Virus record (IMG/VR): IMGVR_UViG_3300022179_000816
Location: 1-41,495 of that record
Source of the DNA: a virus
Lineage: Duplodnaviria; Caudoviricetes
Length of the DNA: 41,495 nt
Direction: 5' to 3' (one strand)
Position numbers and translations under genes: made by a program. A model generated the notes under the pieces. It did no database searches and was not told the origin of the DNA. It worked only from the letters and a program-made list of their open reading frames with translations. Every line of letters begins with the position of its first letter. The first letter of the stretch is position 1. Shown here in pieces: positions 35,380 through 41,495 of this stretch.

Positions 35380-36435
35380 TCACTTAAGCCTCCGCTTTAC
35401 GGTTTCGTCGATCTGCTTGTCGAGTCCGATGTCCTCGCCCATCCTGCGACCCGCGTAGTAGGTCTGGGAACGCGGCTCCCACTCCTTGCGGATGTAGGTC
35501 GGCTCCTTACGCTTCTTAGGCTCACGCCACGTGCCGTTGGCGATCATCGTCTCTTTGCGCCGGTCGCGCTTGGCCAGCATTTCCTGGGCCTCGCGTTCCT
35601 GCTCGGCAGCTTCCGCATCCCGGCGTTCTTTTTCCCGGACCCGATAGTCGTAGAAGTTAGCGGCCTCTTCCTCGCCAAATTCCAAGGTGAAAGTTTCCCG
35701 GTCGCGCCGAACGTAGAGATCATACTTGCGATCGAAAACCGCCTGCCTAGCCTCTCTAGCTGCGCGCTCATTGGCAGTAGTGCCCAGGGGTACGCCCCTA
35801 AGGTGATCTTCGTTCAAGCCAGCTTCGGTCTGCCGAACGTCAGCGAGGACCAGAGACGTACCCGAGCTAACGTAGGCGGGGTGCCGGGCGCGCGCTGCTT
35901 CCTCGGCTTTGAGCTTCTCGTCCTCGGCGGCCTGGGCCTTCTGTAGGTCACTAAGCCGCTCGGTGATCCGGTCGGCCATGCCTTCCCTCACGGCGACAGC
36001 ATCCTTACAGAACACATTCAAGCCTCGCTCCTTAGCCCATTCCTGGGCGAGCCGCTCGATGGTCTGCTGCAGATATTCGGCCATCACCTCGGTGCCCACG
36101 ACGTTCTCGTGGCGACCGATCAGTCGATGCTCGTAGGCTGAGCCCTTCTTGAGCCCCTTGATCGCCTTATAGGCGCAGAAGTTCAGTTCGGCCACGGCCT
36201 CCCACAGGTCACGTTGCCACTTATACAGCCCGCCCTTGAGCTTCTGGTCCTTGCGGGCGGTCGGCCCTTTATTCGCATGCCGTTCGAGGATCGCCACGTC
36301 CAGGTTGTGCGCGGCCAGCAACTGCATGGCCTTGTCGACCCGAGCCGTGGCCTCTTCCTCCCCGCACCCCCTAGTCTCCATGAGCCGGGACGCGAGATCG
36401 ATGGCCCTGCGGGCCTCGGGGGTAAGCTGTTCCAT
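35380..36435 (-). CDS. DUF2786-domain protein
   Basis: N-terminal 'EEEATA..KAMQLLAAHNL', 'WQRDLWEAVAELNFC', C-terminal 'YYAGRRMGEDIGLDKQI'; start reassigned to MEQL. Confidence 0.75.
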   Translation of the reverse strand: MEQLTPEARRAIDLASRLMETRGCGEEEATARVDKAMQLLAAHNLDVAILERHANKGPTARKDQKLKGGLYKWQRDLWEAVAELNFCAYKAIKGLKKGSAYEHRLIGRHENVVGTEVMAEYLQQTIERLAQEWAKERGLNVFCKDAVAVREGMADRITERLSDLQKAQAAEDEKLKAEEAARARHPAYVSSGTSLVLADVRQTEAGLNEDHLRGVPLGTTANERAAREARQAVFDRKYDLYVRRDRETFTLEFGEEEAANFYDYRVREKERRDAEAAEQEREAQEMLAKRDRRKETMIANGTWREPKKRKEPTYIRKEWEPRSQTYYAGRRMGEDIGLDKQIDETVKRRLK

Positions 36436-36686
36436 CAGGCTTCGCCCTTCTTGTGGCGTCCTTCTAAAGAAGGAGGATAAACCACGCCCTCCTCGCGCTT
36501 CCACTCCATGTTGACACAGTCCCCGCCATCGGTCAGGATGACGCGAACAGTGGTGCCCATCTTCGCGCCGACGCTGGTGCAGTAGTGGATGAACGCCTTA
36601 ACCGCTTCTTCGCCTTCGACGTACCGGCGCACGTATTCGTAGGTCCCATCGGGGAAGAACTGGCAGACCGAAAATTCTTTAGACAT
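36435..36686 (-). CDS. conserved hypothetical phage protein
   Basis: AAGGAGAG RBS; 'FSVCQFFPDG..EYVRR', 'RVILTDGGDC..EWK..EG..YPP'. Confidence 0.7.
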   Translation of the reverse strand: MSKEFSVCQFFPDGTYEYVRRYVEGEEAVKAFIHYCTSVGAKMGTTVRVILTDGGDCVNMEWKREEGVVYPPSLEGRHKKGEA

Positions 36687-36710
36687 GAGGTCTCTCCTTG
36701 ATCTGCCTAT

Positions 36711-36739
36711 ATTATACCATGTCTAGGGCGTCAGGACAA
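36711..36739 (-). promoter_or_regulatory. sigma70-like promoter
   Basis: TTGTCC-17-TATAAT with ATGG. Confidence 0.75.
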
Positions 36740-36889
36740 CCCGCCTTGTGCGATGGCCCATACCAGGAAGCCAAAGCAGACCACGCAGAACAGGATCGAG
36801 GCCACAGCGGTCCAGTTTATCCGGGTCCTGCGGCTCCGGGGCGGGGTCTTCACAACGCCCGCATACCGATTACGCTTCTTGGCCATCAT
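36731..36889 (-). CDS. small single-pass membrane protein (52 aa, not in the ORF track)
   Basis: MMAKKRNRY...RINWTAVASILFCVVCFGFLVWAIAQGGLS; ATGA overlap with the upstream gene. Confidence 0.65.
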   Translation of the reverse strand: MMAKKRNRYAGVVKTPPRSRRTRINWTAVASILFCVVCFGFLVWAIAQGGLS

Positions 36890-37293
36890 TTTACATTCCC
36901 ATACAAAATAGCTTGGAACACCACTATACGATGATCCTTATCCAAGACGTTCAGCCTCTGACAAACGTGGGTTGCCAGCCTGTGTTTCTCGTAGAAGACC
37001 ACGTCTTTACAGACTATGAAGTTCAGGATTCCGCGCCGATAGCTCTTGAACGTATCAGAGTAAGCGCTGCTCTCAGGCGTGAAGCCTAGCTCGATCAGTT
37101 CCTCGCCGTACGCAAAATCATTTACTCTTATCAGATAGTCTGCGTCGGTGTCGGTCGGCGGCGGATCACAGGTCACCCTAGACCCGCAGCGGTGGACTTC
37201 CATGGCGTTGACGTTGAGCCACGGATACAGGTCTTGGTCGATCTCACTTCCATAGACTTGCCTTGTGTGGCGGCGGGCCAACGCGTAGTCCAT
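36886..37293 (-). CDS. minimal nucleotidyltransferase-like protein
   Basis: 'CGSRVTCDPPPTDTDADYL' (GS...DxD), 'FKSYRRG.LNFI'. Confidence 0.6.
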   Translation of the reverse strand: MDYALARRHTRQVYGSEIDQDLYPWLNVNAMEVHRCGSRVTCDPPPTDTDADYLIRVNDFAYGEELIELGFTPESSAYSDTFKSYRRGILNFIVCKDVVFYEKHRLATHVCQRLNVLDKDHRIVVFQAILYGNVK

Positions 37294-37565
37294 CAGTCTT
37301 CCCCTCCGGTAGTCGCCCCCGTAAGGGCGCTGGCAGGGATGGTCAACTCCCCGCGTCCCGTGGTCCGGTTCGCCATTTCCGCCGAGACGATCCGCTCAAT
37401 CTCGTTGGCTTCAGCCTCCGTGTAGACCCTGCCCTTGATAGGCCGCTCGATCCACTTGGCTTTCGGGATCAGCCCCCGGTCCTCCATTCGTTTCAGCGTG
37501 GAACGATGGACCCCCAGCTTTTTGGCCAGGAGAGGGAGGGTGATGACTTTGATTCGGTGTTCCAT
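37293..37565 (-). CDS. MerR/excisionase-like HTH protein
   Basis: 'LAKKLGVHRSTLKRMEDRGLIP....GRVYTEAE'; GAGGA RBS. Confidence 0.8.
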   Translation of the reverse strand: MEHRIKVITLPLLAKKLGVHRSTLKRMEDRGLIPKAKWIERPIKGRVYTEAEANEIERIVSAEMANRTTGRGELTIPASALTGATTGGED

Positions 37566-37587
37566 ATCGTCCTCTGTGCTGGGCGGT

Positions 37588-37616
37588 AGCGTACCACGGC
37601 GCTTAGCCGCTGTCCA
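37588..37616 (-). promoter_or_regulatory. sigma70-like promoter
   Basis: TGGACA-17-TACGCT with GTGG. Confidence 0.65.
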
Positions 37617-37630
37617 CTACGTGCGCCGGT

Positions 37631-37867
37631 TCAATAGTTCGACTTAGACGCGAGCCTGTTGGCGCACGTCTGGCAGGAATTCGGATCGTGGGGGTCGAAT
37701 GAGTCGAGCCCCTGCACGGCCATTTCGAACGGTTCTTCGGCCTTCGGGTTGAGGACCAGCACCAGACCCGTGGCCTCCCCCTCCGCCAGCCGAAACCCGC
37801 AAGCAGTCCAGTTGTGCTTGCCGGGCAGGTAGCGAATGAGGTGGTTCTTGGTAGGGTCCTCGATCAT
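37631..37867 (-). CDS. small H-C-CxxC zinc-finger protein
   Basis: 'NHL...TACG...SCQTC'. Confidence 0.6.
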   Translation of the reverse strand: MIEDPTKNHLIRYLPGKHNWTACGFRLAEGEATGLVLVLNPKAEEPFEMAVQGLDSFDPHDPNSCQTCANRLASKSNY

Positions 37868-38262
37868 AGTTTCGCCCCATCCAGCAAGCTGGCGATCAGG
37901 TCGGTGTGTTCCTGCATCGCGTGCTTAGATTCGCGGTCCTCCAGAGCCGCTTCGAGATCGGTGTAGTCCAGTTCCTCGGAGGACGCGGCCCTATCGCAGG
38001 CGATGGCGTGGATGCTGGCCGAAACCGCGCGCTGGACGGCGTAGGCTCGGACAGCTAGGTCCTTAGCCGTGTCCAGGCACTTGATTTCGGCAAGGCACCA
38101 AGCTTCGAGGGCCTCGGCGTGGGCCATGATCGCCAGGATGCGGGGCAGCGGGATCATGTCGGGCAGAGAGATATAGGCTACGTCCATTCGTACCACTCCA
38201 TCCGGGCGCTTAGCCTCTTCCCGTGCACGATCGGCGTTGTTTTCGTTCGATGTATCGGACAT
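37864..38262 (-). CDS. hypothetical helical protein
   Basis: AAGGA RBS before ATG 38262. Confidence 0.6.
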   Translation of the reverse strand: MSDTSNENNADRAREEAKRPDGVVRMDVAYISLPDMIPLPRILAIMAHAEALEAWCLAEIKCLDTAKDLAVRAYAVQRAVSASIHAIACDRAASSEELDYTDLEAALEDRESKHAMQEHTDLIASLLDGAKL

Positions 38263-38534
38263 TATATTATCCTTCCTAGGCGTTTTAGCGATTTCTTGGT
38301 GAGGGGTCTGCCGGTCCGGATGCTGAGCCCCTCCATCCGCATTACGCACTTTCGACAGCGGTGATGCGGCTTAGTGGCATCCCATTCGCGGCTGTTCTTA
38401 GCGGCCGATACGAAAGCCCTGGTCTTGGTGTCCCACCATGAGGCCATGTCGCGTTCGACCCGCTTCCCGCAGACGGTCACTGCTGCTCCTATCATGAACG
38501 TCGTCAGGGCGTGGGTCTTGAGTCTACTGGCCAT
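38262..38534 (-). CDS. small H-C-CxxC zinc-finger protein
   Basis: 'KTHA...TVCG...RCRKC'. Confidence 0.6.
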   Translation of the reverse strand: MASRLKTHALTTFMIGAAVTVCGKRVERDMASWWDTKTRAFVSAAKNSREWDATKPHHRCRKCVMRMEGLSIRTGRPLTKKSLKRLGRII

Positions 38535-38535
38535 G

Positions 38536-38829
38536 TCAACCCGCCATCAGCTTGTTGAATTCGAGGCGCGCGGCCTCCAGGTTCAGGCCCCGCTCGTGGC
38601 ATCGCCAGCCCACTTCGAAGGCCTGGGCTAACTCGATCTCCTGATCGCGCAGGGTCTTGTTGAGGGCGGGGGCGTTGAACCGCTTACAGACTTCGCAGTT
38701 CACGTCGGCGGACGGAAGCTGACGCACGTTCCGGGCCACGGCCTTGTGGTTGCACAGGGTTCGGACGGCTTGGTTCGGGTCGATCAAGTGGACCCTGGCT
38801 TGTTTGTTCTGGCTGATCCGGTTCGCCAT
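38536..38829 (-). CDS. small H-C-CxxC zinc-finger protein
   Basis: 'RVHL...TLC...VNCEVC'; AAGGAG RBS. Confidence 0.65.
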   Translation of the reverse strand: MANRISQNKQARVHLIDPNQAVRTLCNHKAVARNVRQLPSADVNCEVCKRFNAPALNKTLRDQEIELAQAFEVGWRCHERGLNLEAARLEFNKLMAG

Positions 38830-38977
38830 TCGGGCGCTCCTTTTATGGTAGGTGGGACAAGATGGCCCAGGCGTATGCGAAAGCTACTGCTACTAGGAGG
38901 CGCATACTATCCTCGCACTCTACGCTTCTATCTATACTCGCCCCCGCTCGATACGCGGCAGGGGCGAATGGGGGGCC

Positions 38978-39907
38978 TTAGGCAGTGGCGGGCTTGGCCT
39001 GCTTGGCAGCGGCGGCCTTAATGGCGGCAGAAGCGGCGGCCACTCCAGCGTCGCCCTTCTTGGCCTTGGTCTTAGCGCTGGCCTTGCCCTGGCCGGGGTT
39101 CTTCTGCACGCCGCCTTCTTTCTGTGCCTGCTTCGCCGTCACAGGCTTCTTGGCGTGGGCGGCGATCCAGGCCTCGGGAGCCGGGAACTCCTTGTCGACG
39201 TCCGACCCGCAGCCCTCGGGCACGAACAGGAAGCCCTTGGCGGCGATGCGCGGGACCAGCATGTTGCGGATAGTCATCCGGAAGCGGCCCTGCCAGCCGT
39301 TGGTTTCCACGCCCAGCTTCCCGTATCGCGCAGGGGCGACGTCGTTGGCGTTGGCGATGGCCTCCAGGCGGTCCAGGTCGGTGATCTCCTTGCCGTTGGT
39401 ATCCAGAACCCGGCAGAGGGAGGCCAGGGTCTCGGCAAGCCAGTCGCCGCAGTGGTTCGGGTTGCCCCGCGCCGCGTATTCCTTCTTGTAGCGGTCCGGA
39501 ACGACGGTGCCGGTCTCCTTCTCCTCGTCGCCTTCGACCTCCGCGCCGTCACCGGCTAGATACTCGTCGAGGCTGACGATCAGGTCCTCGAACTCCGGGT
39601 CACGAGCGATCTCGTCCCCGAGGCCCTTGCCCTTACGAAGATAGCCGACGAAGTCGCCGTCTTCCTGGCGAATGGCGATCTGCGGATGCTCGGTTTGGTA
39701 TTCGTGGATGCCGGTCACGATAACGACCGCGTCCTTGGCCAGATCGTTGAGGCCGACGGTGTCGTCCTCCTCCAGGCCCTCGGTGTCCAGGGCGACGACG
39801 ATGTTGTGGACGACGAAGCGGGCCTCGACGGCCTCTTCGTCCCGCATGCTCAGGGCGATGCCTTGCTTGTCGGCGGCCTTCACGATGCTGTGGTGGATGG
39901 TGGGCAT
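38978..39907 (-). CDS. acidic N-domain plus GRFRMTIRNML domain plus Lys/Ala tail (paralog B)
   Basis: GGAGA RBS; shares a domain with 29811-30392. Confidence 0.8.
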   Translation of the reverse strand: MPTIHHSIVKAADKQGIALSMRDEEAVEARFVVHNIVVALDTEGLEEDDTVGLNDLAKDAVVIVTGIHEYQTEHPQIAIRQEDGDFVGYLRKGKGLGDEIARDPEFEDLIVSLDEYLAGDGAEVEGDEEKETGTVVPDRYKKEYAARGNPNHCGDWLAETLASLCRVLDTNGKEITDLDRLEAIANANDVAPARYGKLGVETNGWQGRFRMTIRNMLVPRIAAKGFLFVPEGCGSDVDKEFPAPEAWIAAHAKKPVTAKQAQKEGGVQKNPGQGKASAKTKAKKGDAGVAAASAAIKAAAAKQAKPATA

Positions 39908-39952
39908 TTCAGTCTCCGGTGATGCGGGGCACGAGCCCCTTGGAAGATTACC

Positions 39953-39981
39953 AGTAAACCATGCTGCGCTACGGCTGTCAA
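39953..39981 (-). promoter_or_regulatory. sigma70-like promoter
   Basis: TTGACA-17-TTTACT with ATGG. Confidence 0.7.
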
Positions 39982-40440
39982 GTATGCTGCGTGCCGTGCT
40001 GCTTCGTGGCTGTGCTCAGTGCGCGCAGCGGGGCGCGGCTGCAGGGCGGCTGCTGAGAGGGTGGCACACAGCCGCGCCCGCAGCAGTGTGCACAGCACCC
40101 CCTGCACAGGTATACGCCGTCGCCCACTATATACCCGCAGCCACAGAGCATAGGGACGCAGCCGTGTGCCAGCAGGGGGTCGATGTGCGGGGATGGGGTG
40201 TGCGGTACGGCTGGCACACGGCTGCGGGGATGTGCGTGTGCAGCGCGAGGCCCGGTACGGGCGGGGCCGAGTGAGGGTGACCGGCTGGCACACTGCTGCA
40301 CCACTAGCCTCAGTCTCTCTCTCTGTCGTCTCGAAGCATTGCAGGCTACCTACGCAGCGGGGCGCGTGGGGGGGTGCGCGCGTGTGCCACCCGTAGCGCA
40401 GCAGGGCGCAGCCGTAGGGCACGCCGGAGCCCGCAGCAGG
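39960..40440. repeat. repeat-rich non-coding region (candidate origin or regulatory region)
   Basis: Five TGGCACAC/GTGTGCCA copies; 17-bp IR 40157-40173/40210-40226; 13-bp IR 39962-39974/40391-40403; dense GCWGC. Confidence 0.7.
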
Positions 40441-40485
40441 AGCGCACGGAGTCCGGGTTGCGGAGAGAATGCGCTCAGGCCCTCC

Positions 40486-40758
40486 TCATTCGACCCCGCC
40501 GCGAAGCCAGCCGAGCCATTCGCCGTGGAGCGAAACCTCGACCAGCAGGACGTCGGTTCCCGTGACCTGGAAAGCCAGGGTCCGCTGCTCGCCCTGGTCG
40601 AGGATCGCCATTCGGGCATCGCGCTCCCCGAAAAACGTGGCCGCCTGGGCCAGTTCCTGGGTCACGACGGGCCGGATGCTAGCCAGGGCCTGGATCGCGG
40701 CTTCCGGCTGGGGGGCGGGTGTCATTCGCACTTCGGTGTGCTGGAAAACGGGGCGCAT
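40486..40758 (-). CDS. hypothetical early protein
   Basis: 90 aa; follows the upstream gene by 4 nt. Confidence 0.55.
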   Translation of the reverse strand: MRPVFQHTEVRMTPAPQPEAAIQALASIRPVVTQELAQAATFFGERDARMAILDQGEQRTLAFQVTGTDVLLVEVSLHGEWLGWLRGGVE

Positions 40759-40762
40759 GGTG

Positions 40763-41203
40763 TCAGTCCTGCCATTCGTGGTCGATGGAGCCGGTCTTCA
40801 GGTCGATGTAGGTCGAAAGCACGCCCTTACCATAGACCTTCGTGGCGATGCTGGTGTGGTCTTCGTCGCCGCCCACGCCCCAGCCGTAGTTCGCCGCATC
40901 AGCGGCGTCCTGGCCACATTCGCGCGCGATCTCGTCGTACTGCATGTCGTAGGCGCGGGCTTCCAGGCCCTCGGGCGACATGTCGTCGGCATCGGGGGCG
41001 GGCGGATCGAGAGGGTGGCGCTCGGGCGCGGGTTCGTCGTCCTGGGCCATCAGCCGAAGCTGGGCCGCGACGTCTCCCCAGAAGGCCACGCAGTCGGCGT
41101 CGTCGTTGAGTTCGCCCATGTCGCGGGTGGTCTCGGCCAGTTCGATGGCCTCGGCCAGCCCGACCGTGGCTTCCAGTTCGGTGGCGGTCTCGAAGGGGGT
41201 CAT
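40763..41203 (-). CDS. highly acidic early protein
   Basis: GGAGA RBS before ATG 41203; D/E-rich; first gene after the CtrA-box promoter. Confidence 0.7.
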   Translation of the reverse strand: MTPFETATELEATVGLAEAIELAETTRDMGELNDDADCVAFWGDVAAQLRLMAQDDEPAPERHPLDPPAPDADDMSPEGLEARAYDMQYDEIARECGQDAADAANYGWGVGGDEDHTSIATKVYGKGVLSTYIDLKTGSIDHEWQD

Positions 41204-41231
41204 GTCCGTATCTCCGTGTCTCTCTATCCAC

Positions 41232-41260
41232 AGAATACCACGCCCTGGGTTAACAGGCAA
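41232..41260 (-). promoter_or_regulatory. sigma70-like early promoter
   Basis: TTGCCT-17-TATTCT with GTGG. Confidence 0.7.
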
Positions 41261-41265
41261 TTAAC
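41249..41265. promoter_or_regulatory. CtrA-binding site consensus
   Basis: GTTAA-CAGGCAA-TTAAC = TTAA-N7-TTAAC on both strands, straddling the -35. Confidence 0.65.
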
Positions 41266-41495
41266 GCGTGTTCACGGGTTCGTGAATGCCGGGCGACGGG
41301 ACGCTGCTTTTTTGCCGCGCATACCCGCGACACGTGAGCGTACGCGCGTGGTACTAGGCGGGGCGCTGTGTCAAGTATAGACAGAAGCGTGGGCGAAGGA
41401 GAGTGCGAGGCGTGGCGAAAAAGCAACATATATAGGGGGATATTGTCCGGACCGGAGTGGGGGAGGGACCCAAGGTGCCGGGGACTCTCTTCCCT

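Noticed and set aside
39960-40440. CRISPR-like array
   Set aside because: Repeats are short, irregularly spaced and in both orientations; no constant repeat-spacer period
39880-40619. Several overlapping ORFs rich in C/A/R/P
   Set aside because: They translate repeat-rich DNA, lack RBSs and have atypical composition; treated as non-coding
41337-41374. Additional minus-strand promoter (TTGACA and TACGCT both present)
   Set aside because: The two boxes are about 26 nt apart and there is no good -10 at 17 nt
1-41495. Direct terminal repeats, integrase/att site, tRNA genes, reverse transcriptase/DGR
   Set aside because: None recognised by eye; the ends share only TCTTCCC, too short to be meaningful

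Overview
The window looks like a complete or near-complete ~41.5 kb, GC-rich, lytic podovirus-type phage genome. No integrase or repressor was recognised and no terminal repeat was seen. The + strand (276-18909) carries a late operon: terS, terL, P22-like portal, scaffold, major capsid, P22 gp4/gp10-like tail, fibres, ejection proteins and lysis genes. The - strand (41203-18974) carries early and replication genes. The strongest signal is a 2-aminoadenine (Z-genome) module: purZ (GSTGKG and NFxNY signatures), a datZ-like HD hydrolase, a MazG/MazZ-like pyrophosphatase and a family A polymerase with deviant motifs B and C (DpoZ candidate). Two unexplained genes are translationally coupled into that cluster. 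Non-coding signals include nine sigma70-like promoters sharing RTGG before the -10, a perfect CtrA box on the first early promoter (suggesting an alphaproteobacterial host), and a promoter/terminator-bounded ~115 nt RNA ahead of the late operon. There is also a duplicated multi-hairpin element (18.9 and 27.15 kb), twin identical-loop hairpins after the capsid gene, and a ~470 bp repeat-rich candidate origin. All family assignments come from motif recognition by eye; no searches were run.
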